Positions 43,744 to 57,000 are shown, numbered from the stretch's first letter. The stretch: 64,000 nt of DNA from Asterias rubens (GCF_902459465.1 NC_047080.1:1798001-1862000); one strand, 5' to 3'. Made by a program: numbers and translations. Notes: generated by a model from the sequence alone, not told the origin.

Positions 43744-44790
43744 TTTTCAAATTGGAAAAGATCTGTTTGAAAATGAGCATTAATTACAATGAATTTACAA
43801 TGTTACAAAGTCATACTCATACATTACAAGTTGCGATACTAACGTAACCCTCCTCTTACCCCTCCCCCCGAAGCGAAGGCCAGAGCATAGTGCAAGGAAG
43901 AGGGAGCTCGGAGGAGGGTAGTCTACACACACACAGTGTGACTATGATGTGCCCCAGTGAGTCACTAGACTAGTGGTGGGCCGGGACACTGGGTCTACAA
44001 ATCAACTGGAACTTGGAATGGATTGGAAATGGAAGCGGACGGAACCACTAACATGACTAACCAGGCGATGTATATAATTTTATTCCTCTGTGCTCTGGCT
44101 GACACGGTGGCACACACTGGTTGAATTTGTTCTAAATACAAACAAAGTGATAGTTACCTGCTTGTGAAGTTGTGTTATTTTGTGCACACAATATCCACGG
44201 GAAAAAAGTGAAACATTGGCAGAAATGTACACCTTGGGGGCGCTCTCTGCATCAAAGCAGGGCCCTTTTCGAAACCACCGCGTGAGTCTCAGGCTTCGGC
44301 TACCTCTCCAGGGGCTATTTAAAAATACTTCAAGTCTTTCAACCTCTTGAAGGAAAACTAAAATTCCTTTTTTTTTCTCTTTCATTTTTGATAGGTCAGC
44401 CAATCGAAATTGTGCTACTTACCCCTGAAAGTAACACCCCGAAAATGTGTTTGTTTCTCCTATGGCTAATTGCTACTAGTACTAGTTTGAGCCACCTCCA
44501 CTTCACAAGCCAATGATGATTAACGAATGACCATTTTCGAACGACATTTTGTCGGCTAATAAAGTCATATAATTCTTTTGACTATTTTAGTGTGGTGCCC
44601 CCCCCCCCCCCCCCTCTCCCCCTATTTGGAGTTCGAATACCGGTGTCGCATGCAATTATGTCCTCTATGCAACACTATCCGGCGGACATTATTGCATATA
44701 TTATGCAGAAAATAAAAATGAAATATTATGCGCTATACTAAGTTTAGCATCTGCACTACTATAACGATGTTTGGTGTATCAATGCTAACA

Positions 44791-44880
44791 AAACAGCCGT
44801 CTGCTGCAAGTACGTCACCATGGGAACATGATAACGAAACAGCCGTATGTATGCACGTCACCATGGAAGCATGATAACGA
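44791..44880. promoter_or_regulatory. Duplicated about 45-bp promoter module with X-box and CRE half-sites between QTRT2 and NmrA-like A
   Basis: AAACAGCCGT..ACGTCACCATGG(G/A)A(A/G)CATGATAACG occurs twice; GTCACCATGGGAAC (44814-44827) fits the 14-bp X-box consensus. Confidence 0.55.
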
Positions 44881-45653
44881 AGTCCAAGTTGCTGGGGGAA
44901 CACTCGAGTTCTAAACAGCTTTTGAAGTTACAACGGAAAATAATTGATACTTGACTAAACAAACAGTCTATGAAAAATAAATTATTGAATGTACAAAAAT
45001 TACACCGATTAAAAATACTTCTTGTAAATATTACACATGATTCTTCATAAACCCTATATATTTTCCACTCTCCAATAAAAAGAAAATCTTTTTATACAAC
45101 TCCACAATGTGAAACATTACAAGTTTCGAGAACTTTGTCTACAACATGACAATACCAACATCATAAGAAGAGTTACATTTTGTGACAAACGTGCATGCAC
45201 GACCTACACTGTTTACATAACACTGTTGATCAGGTCAGACTTTTATCTGCATATATATCTTTGAAATCGGAAACATAAAAGAAAGGCTAAAGTTCGGGAT
45301 AAAAAGTGCGTGATGGAAAACAAACCAAGACAGAAGAATAACTTGTGTATACGGGTTGTAAATTCATTCCTATCAACAGTTTTCGTGCGGAAACATTTTT
45401 AGTTTCAAGGGAAAGGTATGACTTTTTTTGTATACTGTTTCTATCCCAACATTTTGGCGGGAACTTTATGGTGTGAAAATCTACCATTATTTTAAAAATG
45501 AATACCGCCTAATCTGGACCGACGCTACGGTTCAAAACCGGCATGTTGCTTCAAGAGGATACTATCTGCAATGTTCGAGCTCAATTTCTTAAGAAGATAC
45601 TTATAGGGACTATGAAAAATAGTAATTATTTTCTCTTTTTCTTTCTTAGAACG

Positions 45654-47740
45654 ATGAAGAAAGTGGTCATCGTCTTCGGAGCGACAGGGCGGCAGGGCGG
45701 CTCCGTGGTGCGAGCCCTCCTCGAGGAGCCTGAGAAATTCCACGTCCGTGCCGTGACTCGTAACCCAACATCACCCAAAGCCCAAGCCCTCCAGGCCGCC
45801 GGCTGCGAGCTCGTCCAGGCAGAGCTAGCCCAGACAGAGAGTCTCATACCAATCCTCCAAGGAGCAGATTGTTGCTTCCTCGTTACAGTCCCGCCTCAGC
45901 AGTTCGCAAAGGATGCAGACAAAATCGAGTACCAATACGGGATGAACTTTGCGAATGCCTGCATGGCGGTTGGACTCCACCACTTGGTGTTCACGACGTT
46001 ACCACATTGTGAGGAGGTTACTGGCTGCCCGGTGCCGTGGAGTGACAGCAAAGCGAAAGTGACGAACTATTTTAAGGAGAAGAACTTGCCGCTGACGGCG
46101 GTGACACTATCTGACTTTTATGAAAACTATGCTGGTGTTCTTAAACCGAGGAAGGTAAAAGACGGTGTGTATACTATAGGTGAGTCAGATTCTAAGTTGT
46201 TGTAGAAGATATTTATGTCATGAACGCGTCATTCACTTCTCACAGTTTGTTTTTGTAATAATTATTTTCTCGGTCAAAGTTGAAAAGTAGTGTGAATCCA
46301 TTTCTGATCAGCAAACTTTGCAAGCATACTCACTTAACATTGGTCCGCTGGCCGAAATGGCAGTTAAAAACACCAGAGGGCCAGTCAAGATTCTCTTCTT
46401 GAAAGTGGTCCGACTGGCTAGTTCAGCGGAGCGTTGCACCACGCCCCTGATTATTAATATGAAGTATGAACCTGTTAAAAAGCTAATGGACCAAATGACA
46501 AGACAACTGGTCCTTCTGGCCATGAGTGACTGAAACAAGTTAAGAGCGAATTCCGAACCCTGCTTGTAAGCGATTATTCTTTGAATTCTAAACGTTATTG
46601 CTTCTTTGCCTTTTCTAAGACACCGACTTTCTTGCCTCTTTTTTCTTCCTAAGAAATACCGACTGGTGAGCAAGCCTACGGCATGATGCACATAAGCTTC
46701 TTGGGTGAGGCCGTACGCCACATATTCAGTCATAGAGAAGACTACCTTCGCCGAGATATCACTCTAGTAACGGACAGACATACGGTGGGCGAGGTGGCTC
46801 AAATTATGAACAAACACCTCCAACCACTGGGACAGACCATAGAAAACGCACAGGTAATGGCTCACTTGTCGTCTGTTCAGTCACAAAATGAATGCCAATT
46901 TCATATTATTTTTGCAATGAAAAACAGTCATTGAATTAATGATAATACGCATACAAGTTTGAACAATCAACAAATGAATGTTTTACTTAGAAAATGAATA
47001 GTTCTTTTTGCACAACAATTACGTTGAAGTCTACTTTTGATCAATAAACTCCAATTATACGCTCCACATGCAAAAGGACCATACAATGATTTGCACCAAT
47101 AACCAATACTCTAGTTTTGATGATTAATGATAGCAAGACAAAGGCACCTGATCATACTCTCTAAATAAAAAAGGGCTGCGTTAAAGCACCCTTTGAAGAG
47201 CCATATGAGGGACAACTCTTTTTCGAGTGGTCTTCCACTCTTTCAGATTGACGTTTGCATCTGTTTGAGTGATTTTTCACTCTGTCCTGGAGTGAAACCT
47301 CTATACAAGAGTGAAATAACCACCAATCTTTTTAAGGAGCCATTGGAGGGACACCTCGACATGTAAAGAGTGGTGTTTTTCACTATTTTACATTTAGAGA
47401 GTAAACTTTCATAGAAGCAATAGTGAGAAAAGACTCTTGACACAATCATCACAAGAAATTGTTATTCATTGATACTTTTAACATTGTTGTTTTTCCTTGG
47501 CAGTTCACACTTGACGATTTACGAGAAAAGTACAAGACCCATCTCGGCATCGAGACATTGGCCAACTGGTACAAGTTCATCCTGGCGGGAGAGGCATATC
47601 CCGGGTATGCCAAATACATGGACATTGAAGAAAGCAGGAAGCTAATGCCGTCAGCTAAAACATTCGATGAATGGGTTGAAGAAAACAAGGAGGCAATTTC
47701 TGCTGTTCTTGATCCACCTGATAAACCTATGCGGTTATAG
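45654..47740 (+). CDS. NMRAL1: NmrA-like family domain-containing protein (NMRAL1/HSCARG-like), paralog A; 320 aa
   Basis: Exons 45654-46179, 46654-46853, 47504-47740. Motifs VFGATGRQGGSV, VRAVTRNP, FYENY, KTFDEWV. An acceptor just before the ATG implies a 5' UTR exon. Confidence 0.93.
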
Positions 47741-49295
47741 ATGATGAGATACGCCATTTTCATCTGCTATAAAAACAGGAAATTTTTGCTTCTACTGAAT
47801 TGTTGTTGAGTGACTGTTATATTTTGTGAAATAATTCCAGTTTGCTAGAGACATGGAAGAGCAGTTTCAACAGAGGGCGTTTTGACATGCGTAAGACTTG
47901 GCAGGCATTATTGTTTTCATAAATCGCAGGCGGACCTGTCAGCGAAATTAGTATACAACTGTACAAAGCTTCCTCCTGTTGTAGAGTTGGGCTACTCGCA
48001 CGGTAAATAATAATAGCAATCAATTGGTATCACTACATTGTATATAAAACTGATATAGGAACATAATCATTAGGTAATACTTGTAGGCTACTCGAAAGGG
48101 TTAGAAAATTGCTTGCTGTGAATTTTTTTTTTTACAATGTGTACTGTGAATGATTCCCGACTCCGTTTACAGGAATTACAACAAAACTTACCCGCAGTTG
48201 CCAGCACGACCAGCCGACTGTATGTACCGCATTCCCTTTGCATCCGTAAACGTAATGTTACGAAATATAAGGTAGAAATGATGGTTAATAATACTAATTA
48301 ATAACAGAGCGACAGAGCTATGCGATGTACAAGTTCTTAGTTTTGATACTTGTAGACTTCATTGTGTGGGACACTTTTTCTTGCACTGTTGCGCGGTTGT
48401 GCGATGCCGAATCACCATCTTGGTAATTACTGCGCGCAGCAATTTCTGCCCACTTTTAATTCATGCAACTGTTTCACAAATTACATTCCATGAGACCTAC
48501 ATGGATTTTCAATTTGAAAAAAAAAAAAAAATATATGGTAAACAAAACGGAAAATGATTGCTGTAAATTAAAATTTGCTAAAAGCAGGGACCTCTTTTAT
48601 TACGCGCATGATTATTTACGGTGCGAACAAATTCTGCATCTGTCCACCTGTTGTTTGTAGCACTATTGGCCAATCAGAAGGCAGGGCTCATTAATGCAAC
48701 AGTTTCATTGGTTTACAACCTTATACTATTGTTTACACATAATGGACTTATGTTAATTCCACACTAGGCACAACTTGATTCGTCCTAGTACAATAAAGCA
48801 AAGATTTAGTTCAATATGATGCATGTGTTGCAACTAACTCCTGTTTTATTTCTGAAAGCGAGTATAAACATGTTAAGCCTAATTTTATGATAAAAAGGAT
48901 AATAAGTTACAGAAATACTGTGTGAATAAAGTGTTTGTTAGTATCTTTGACAAAAATGTTTGGAAGGATTTATTAAAGATGCTACAACCGTTTTTGTGTG
49001 GTTTCTTTTGCCTGTTTGACCTGAAAACTTATATTTGAATTTGAAACAGCCATGACATGTTTACTGCAATGAGCAGTGTTTTTATCAAACCATTAAATCA
49101 AGTATTCACCCTAAAACTGCATGTAAGCAATTTTGATAGAAACTTTAATGGTAACTTGTAGATACCAAAATCCCTCACATTAAAAAATACCAATAAGGTC
49201 ACCAAAAATAGTTCACTTTTGGATTAAAAATCCCTTTTCCATTACTTATGCAGTGTTCAGTTAAAAAATATTTTGTTTTCCCGCCAAAGAAGCAG

Positions 49296-52200
49296 CTAAT
49301 GTTGAATCACAGCCTCGTCCCATGGACCATGGATATTTCTGAAGGAAGGAAACAAGAAACACAAAAATTGAAATGTCATTTATTAGTTTTAACCAGGGCC
49401 CAATTTCAAAGAGCTGGTTATGTAGACAATATTGCCGAACAATTTTCTGCTAAGCAGAAATGATCATGATACCAATCAAAAATTGTAAGGGTAATTAATA
49501 ATATAATAATAATAATAATAATAATGAAAACCGTTCTCATATAGCGCATATGAGCGTGATGTCACTATGAGATGTAAAAGGAAATCAACAATTATTGTAC
49601 AAAGTAAACAGATATGTTTTTAACCAGGTTTTAAATTATTCTGATGTCTCAGCCTGTTTGACAACCTCTGAAAGACACAACTGAACTGTCGCATATTGGA
49701 AAGAGCGGGAACCATACGACTTGGTTTTGAGGGTAATTTTGCAATGCTCAGATAATTTGTGTGCTTAAACGTCTCTATGAAATTAAGCCCTGTGCGGCAA
49801 GCCACATGTATTTGCAAAGTTCAACAAAGCTATTAGTAAAGAAAAAAAATAGAACTCACTTTTTGAAAAGTTGTAACCGTATCAGGCAAACAGGAACAAG
49901 GAAAGTAATGGCAAGATCAATGAAGACGATGATAATGGCCGCTATGTTACTCACTGTTACCAAGGCAACGAATGCAACGATAACCGACAACAATGTTAAT
50001 GGAGTCTGGGATCTCGGAATGCAAACCTAAAAAGACAAATGTATTTAAAGGGCATGAATACCTCTGACTTCTGGAACTGTTCAATTGTTTTAATCCCACA
50101 TATAACAAGTTATGTAGACTAATACAATGAAACTAACCTGTGGAAATTTCATTTAAAGATGTGGTAGCAGTTTTGAGATATCAATGAATATCAGTGGCGG
50201 TCTAGTGCACACAGGAAGAATCAGTAATTAAATCAGAGAAAAGTTTCAGACAGTTACCTTAAGTTTTCGTCTGAGTTCAGGCCAGAGTGCAAACAACTGC
50301 ATAGCAACAGTGACTGTGGCAAAGGCATGGAGAGTAGTAGGAAGTCTGGATGCCAGACAAACCGATGCAAATATAGATGCACATAGTGAGACAGGTCTCC
50401 TTCCCCTGAAATATTACAAGAATGTAATGTAAAATCGGTTTAACTCGAGATGTTGTTATAAAAAAAAAAAAAAAAAACTCATGTCCAACTATTTCCAGGC
50501 ATTGCAACCCCATTATGAGGTTATTTTTCCCCAAAATGTGAGCAACATTGTGTTGATATCCTGGTGGCACGGTTGGCTTGTGGGTAAAGCGCTCGCCTCT
50601 CACCAAGGTGACCCGGTTCGATTCCCGGCCAGGGCCATAATGTGAGTTGAGTTGTGCGTTGGTTCTCTGCTGTGCCACAAGGGTTTTCCAGACTATCCGG
50701 TTTTCCTCCCTCAGGAAAAATTAAACACTTTCGATCTTGGCTGTGCTCCGTGGTCATAATGTGTCGATGTGGCTGGCAGCCAAAGGCGCCCTTGCATGCC
50801 TGCTTCTCGAACATGTTGTAGCCGCGTTCTTCGCAATTCAGCTCTTAGCTGCGAGTAAGGATGATTAGCCCCCCAAATTATTTATTTATCCTGTTTTAAT
50901 GTTAATTTGATTACATCTGCATTATTGCTGTAAATAACAGTGCTACATGTTCCCATAAATAAGATTAAATCAACCATTTTTTACAGGAAAAAATAAATAA
51001 AACTGAAGTCATACCTTGTTTCCGTTGTCACATAATCATGAAAGAGCAGATTTCCTAAAAGCATAAATACCTACAAAAAATAAAGTCGAATGTAAATTAA
51101 AAATTTATAAAAACAGCATTAATTTGAAATGTTTGGACGCTTATAAGATTGGTATGCTTGTCCCAATGATAAACATTTGTCATTTAGACCTGCATCTACA
51201 CACCCTACACAGTTTAACATATTTCTGATTTGGGATTGTAGAAGACATAGGCATTGTTAGGGTTAAAGGAACAAACTGGGTCAACAAATATTAAATGTTA
51301 CTTAATACTTACAGTCATTGCATAGATAGTGTCGGTACTAACGGTATCAGTCAATGTTTTCAGGATCGGTGACAAACCATATGAAAAGGCAACAAAGATG
51401 GCAGTACTTTTAACATCATCCAAGCCTGTAATAAAAACACCAAAATCCCTCAAGTAAGTTCGGCATCACTATTAATAATATTAATAAATAATAATAAGCT
51501 GGCATTTAAACGCGCCTTTTCCAGAGGTCGCAAAGCACGTAACAAAATCAAACTCAAAAATGGCCCAAAATAAAAACCACTAACAACGAATGTACTCATT
51601 AAAAAAATAAAAAAAATAATTGGCATTTTCCAGTACAAAATAATTTCAAAACTTTTAAAATAAGAATAGAGCCCCAGACTGGGGATATTTGGTACTTACG
51701 GGATCTTCCGCTCTCCTTCCGATCCTGCCCTCCATCGATGACATCATAGAGAATATAGCCAATCAGAGACAACCCAGCGTTGACGTACAGCAGATTGACT
51801 GGAGAGAGCAATTCCCGTTGCATATACACAAATAAAACCACAAAGATGCAGATACTACAAAAAAGTGACAAATTGAAAAGAAGAACAAATTAGTCATAAA
51901 CTGTTTTGATATTTGATATTTATTTGATGTTTATTTGATGTTTAATAGAAACAAAAGAACACAAATTGTAGCCCGCAGCTGCAGGCCAAATTGTGTTTGT
52001 TTTAAAATATATTGCTTTTAATTTACACACATTAGAAATTATAATCACAGAGAAAACCAACAAATATATAAAAACATTAAAAAGTAACTCCTCAAAAAAT
52101 GCATTCCACTCGTTAGACATACCTACTTATTTGTTGAGTCACAACGCCTGATTCCCGCACCACATGCCACAATTCATACGTAGTTTCTGCATAAACAATA

Positions 52201-52544
52201 AAACAAACAAACAAACTTGTGAATGTTAACTAAGACAAACAACAAGTAAATAAGTTGAATTTGAAAAGGAAAATAACTTTCAACACACAAAAAACACTGA
52301 ATACAATTTTTCCCCCATGATACATCACATCAATAAATATAAAGTACAAGTATATTTGCTATTCAAAATCATTAGAAATCTGAATAAAAATTTTTCAAAT
52401 TTGAAATAATTTTTTTCAAAATGTACCTTTTCTCTTCAACTCCCCAAGGAAGGATTCATCAACGTAGTTATCCGGAACACCCTGGTCTTTATACAAGACT
52501 TTCTGCCACCTTGGACGATAATTATTGCCTATTCCATTGTCCAT
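49296..52544 (-). CDS. PIGC: Phosphatidylinositol N-acetylglucosaminyltransferase subunit C (GPI2); 287 aa
   Basis: 8 phase-consistent exons: 52544-52427, 52186-52123, 51854-51700, 51425-51313, 51070-51015, 50405-50258, 50026-49860, 49338-49296. Motifs [52 protein letters not shown]. Confidence 0.97.
50563..50889 (+). mobile_element. tRNA-derived SINE with V-SINE-like central domain, antisense in PIGC intron 5
   Basis: B box GGTTCGATTCC, central GGTTTTCC..TCCGGTTTTCCTCCC, tail ending (ATTT)n; a related inverted fragment lies at about 62155-62275. Confidence 0.75.
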
Positions 52545-52948
52545 CTTCCGTTCCACTATCTCTACTACTACACCAACAAGCCTATCACTATCAATAAAGT
52601 ACACAGAAGACAAATGCAATTCTAGAGCAGTGTCTTACCAACTAGACTACCGAGGTTGCCCGGTAGCTAGAGGCAGTTCGAATCCTTCCTATGTTTTGGC
52701 AGCGGGTACTGCAAATATAATAGATGTTAAATTGATTTAGATTTAGATGTAATATTCCCCTAATAAGATTTAGATTACTGAACCGTTCAATATGAACTGT
52801 GCAGTCGATGAGCTGAAAACGATCCCATGGGCGCAGCCATCTTGTTATTGAGGAGTTATTAAAAACAAACAAACGCATTCTTTCACTGGTAATCAGAAAA
52901 CTAACTCATTGAATTTTGTGAGATGTGCTGGATTGAGTACCAGTTGTG

Positions 52949-53030
52949 TGTTTATATCTGACGTCACGCTTCTTAGCGACGAAGCAGCACCAGCAGAGCG
53001 ATGGCGCTATGATTGGGAGTATTTCATCTG
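52949..53030. promoter_or_regulatory. Bidirectional PIGC/CFAP157 promoter module and probable non-coding CFAP157 exon
   Basis: Forkhead core TGTTTAT at 52949-52955, CRE TGACGTCA at 52959-52966, X-box-like half site TAGCGAC ending at 52980, reverse CCAAT near 53012, donor CTG|gtaaga at 53031 pairing with a poly-T acceptor at 53865. Confidence 0.55.
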
Positions 53031-54058
53031 GTAAGATTCTCGATAGTGTTCTATCTAGTTTATTTGTTGTCCATAGTAGTTCCTTCGTTTATTTTTGTGA
53101 AACTGATTATGTATTGAATACCTAGATAGGTAAGTACTGACAGAAATATTTCAGAACGTACTGAAAAACAGAAGAAACAAAACCATTATGATGATTAGAT
53201 TTAGAACAAGTTAGTGACTTTGTGCACTGCACACAAACTGCATGTTTTTGTGTGGACAGGAGGGGTGGGGGAAGGGATGTGTAAGGGGGGGGGGGTTGAT
53301 AAATTTACTCAGAAGAAAAACTGAACAACCTGAAATCCTGACAGACATGATGATTAGAAATGCAATTGTATTATTTTACTGGCTAAAATTATTAAAACAA
53401 ATAGGCCTAGCTAGGCCAAAGGCAAAGAAAATAATAATAATTAATTTTTTTAAATATTTTTTTATAAAAATAAGTCAAAAAAGAGCTTAATATCCCGGCC
53501 CCTCTCCCTTGCCTCGTCTTGGCACACAATGCATTGATTGCCTGAGTGAGATGCGAGATCTAGTCCAGTGTAGTACAGTACTACAGTAGTTAGTAGAATG
53601 GTTCTCTGAGATCCAGGTAAAAGCAAAGTGCTATTTTTTAAAATAATTCTGTTATAAATCACCCTTGAAATTGTCAAACTGTTCAATAAGTTTTATTAAT
53701 TTGCTATCACTGCATAATTTGTCTTAATTTACTTTTTTATACCAAAATTCATCCAAGATTTTTCTTGTAGACATGTGACCTGCTGCAGGTATAAAACAAG
53801 CTATTATAGTATTAACCAGTTTTGTAACAATAACTTAAAAAAATACTTTTTTTTTTTTTTTACAGATGCTGACAATTGCAAGACATGAGTTAAACTCAGG
53901 TTGGATTGAACGCGGATACACACTTATAGACAAAAAGATGAAATAACAGCCGAGCACTCGGACGTACTTGATGGACCTTCTTGAACCTCAGTTTTGAATT
54001 TAAAAGTTGAGAAAAGCGACATTTACTCAGTCAGTGAACTTGAATCTTTGGCAGAAAC

Positions 54059-57000
54059 ATGCCACCCAAGAAGAAAGGAGGCAAGAAGAAGGGGAAGAAA
54101 AGTGGGAAAAAGAGCGGAAAGAAATCTGCGAGGGCTTCCTCAGCGCCCTCGGGGGCCAACCTGACCGAGGTCAGTAAGGAATTTTTCCTGATACAGATAC
54201 GCGACTTAGAGCAGAGGCTGTTTAGGTGAGTAATTTTAATTTTGTCGTTGCTACCCCCAACTTGATAGAACGTGTCATGGCCGATAGGTCTAGGGCACCA
54301 GACTTGGCTGAGTTATTGCAATGTGGGTTCAAATCCTGGTCCCGAAGCTTTTTTCGTGAAAAATGCTTAAAGCCATTGGACACTTTCGGTAAACAGTATT
54401 GTCCAAGGCCCACACATCGTGTATCACAACTTCTATATAAAATAACAAACCTTTGAAAATTTAGGCTCAATCGGTCATCTGAGTCGGGAGAAAATAACGG
54501 GAAAACCCACCAATGTTTACGCACGTTTCGCCGTGTCATGACATGTGTTTAAAATAAATCCGTAATTTGATATTGTTTTAATGTTTTCTCAAAAAGTAAA
54601 GCATTTCATGGAATGATATTTCAGGAGAAGTCTTTCACCATTACCTTCTGTTTTTTTTCTGTACTGAAAGTGTCCAATGGCTTTAATGCTTAAGCAATTT
54701 TTGTTTGTGCTATAGTTAGGACGAAAATTTGCTTTCCTTTAAGCAGCGCTATGAAAGTGGACCCTGACTTTTAACTTATTGTAAGTGTACTGTTGTCTCT
54801 GCTAAATGTTTCCTCTAAAATTATTACAAGATCATTCATCTTTACAACACAGATACCAAAGAAAATGCGATGAACTTGAGGTAGCAAACGGAGAATTCAG
54901 GGCCCAGTATGATCAGATGGGCACCGACAAGAAGGAAATCGTCTCCTTCTTGAAGAAGCAGCTTGAGCAGCGACAGAATGACATCGCTGATCTGAACGAT
55001 CGCCTCGTCGGCCTCCAACAGATCAAGGATGCAGAGAAGGATGCTTACGAGCAGCAGCTCGCACAGCTCAGAACGGAGTTCCAAGAAACTAAAGATCAGC
55101 TCACATCAGAAAACATGATTCTGAGTAAGAAATATTACTATAATAGTTAGACCCATACAACTTTGAGAAATATGCATTTGAACAGTCAGTGTATGATGTC
55201 ACAAAGTTCAAATGGTACCCTCAACAGAGGGAGACATTTCATTGGCTTATAATTGTGCGTTTCTATCGTTAGTCCTCAGCGAGGGTGGTATACGCTAAGT
55301 GTCTTTTGCAGGGCAAAATAACTGTTTTTGTAGTAAATTGGTAAGATGGATCAACTTTTGCACCTCGACAGAAATGGAAAGAACCATGGCAACAGTTGAA
55401 ATTTGTACCATACACATTTGTTTTTGTGGTACAACTTGTTAAACTTCTAACTTCCCTTGCCTTAAAGGTGGAAAGCTTGCATCGTTGGAAGAGTTCAAAG
55501 TTCAGAAGGAGGATCTTATGGCCAAGTTTGCACAGATGGAGCAGGAGCTCGACAATCAGCAGACGGAACACAAGGAACAGATCTACCAGCTGGAGAGGAA
55601 ACAGGTGGTCGACAAAGACAGGTGGGTACACAGTCTGTAATTGGTCAGTGGTTAAAGGACACAGTCTGTGATTGGTCAGTGGTTAAAGGACACAGTCTGT
55701 GATTGGTCAGTGGTTAAAGGACACAGTCTGTAAATGGTCAGTGATTAAAGGACACAGTCTGTGATTGGTCAGTGATTATTAAGGAACTTATACCTTCTTT
55801 TTGTTTACCATTTGATTGTTATAATCCTATATTATTGATTGTAGCTATATATTGTCATAAAACTGACCTGTGAAAATTTAATTTCAAAAGGTAGTGTTTT
55901 TAAGATATCGCAAAAAATCCGGAGTGGTTTTCTCCAATTGGATTACACAATCTGAGAAACGTATCTTACCGTAGCGTTTCTCAGATTTATATTTTGGGGG
56001 ATAACTGATATCTTTTTCCATAGAGCCACATTTCTTGAAAATTACATGATTTCATGGGTTTGCAGGGAATTTTGGTCGTGCGAACTCCAAATTATTAGCC
56101 ACTCTTCACTTACACAGCAAGTTGAGAAATTTTGCGCTTGTAAAGGGAGCCGAGAACGGTGATTGTAAGCGCAGATTTCTGTTGTAGGCAGAGCAATGAA
56201 ATTGGGCCCTGAAATCTTATGAACTCTAGATCTCCTAAATGAGTACAAAAGTTAAATGTTTAGTGTTATGTTTCTCTGAACAGGTTGAAACGAGAGATGG
56301 TCCTGCGCGTCAATCAAGTCGCCGCCGAATTCCGTAAGGTCTCCAATAAGCAGATGGCCGACACCACCAAGCGCACCATCCGCGAGAATGTTAGCATCCA
56401 TGCCCAGCTGTCCAAGATGTCCGACAAGACGATGGAGTTGATCGAAGAGAATGAGCAGCAGCAGGCCAAGGAGAAGAAACAGCTGCAGCAGCTGGACATG
56501 TTGGAGAACAACGAGAAGGAATTGGCTAAGAAGAATCACAGCAATCAAAAGGTAGAAATAGTTTTTGGATACCTACTTGCACACTTTTAACGCCTTCAGC
56601 CCCTTTGTTTGTGTTTTGACAAAAAAAATTATATTAAAGAAGAAGAAGTCTGTCTCACCAAAAACAAAATGTATCTTGCGGATTTGTATTGCCTTAGTGC
56701 ATCCCAAAAGCATGACTGATACTATCAAGAGTCATTATAGGCGATTGCCTCCATGCCCTTGGTGCCCTTGTGCCTTTGTGGCCTTCATTCCCAGTGCAAT
56801 TTCTCTCATTATGAGCTGCCCTTTACTTTAAGGAAAATGTGCCTTGCCCTGTCAAGAAAGGGAGAGTCACCATGAGGAAGTTACCCTTCAAAGGTTAAAG
56901 TTTAAAAGCGCATCGAGCGTCTTTTAAGTCTGATTTTGGCGCTATATAAATACTGTTTATTATTATTGTTATTATTAAATGTTGCTTCACTATGTTGTCA

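Noticed and set aside
52217-52229. 13-nt micro-exon candidate encoding N-I-H, as in human PIGC KNIH
   Set aside because: Frame-shifting length and the downstream intron would be only 30 nt; the gene splices in frame without it.
39580-55784. Tandem repeats at 39580-39750 and 55628-55784 as CRISPR-like arrays
   Set aside because: Contiguous units with no unique spacers, in eukaryotic introns, and no cas genes.
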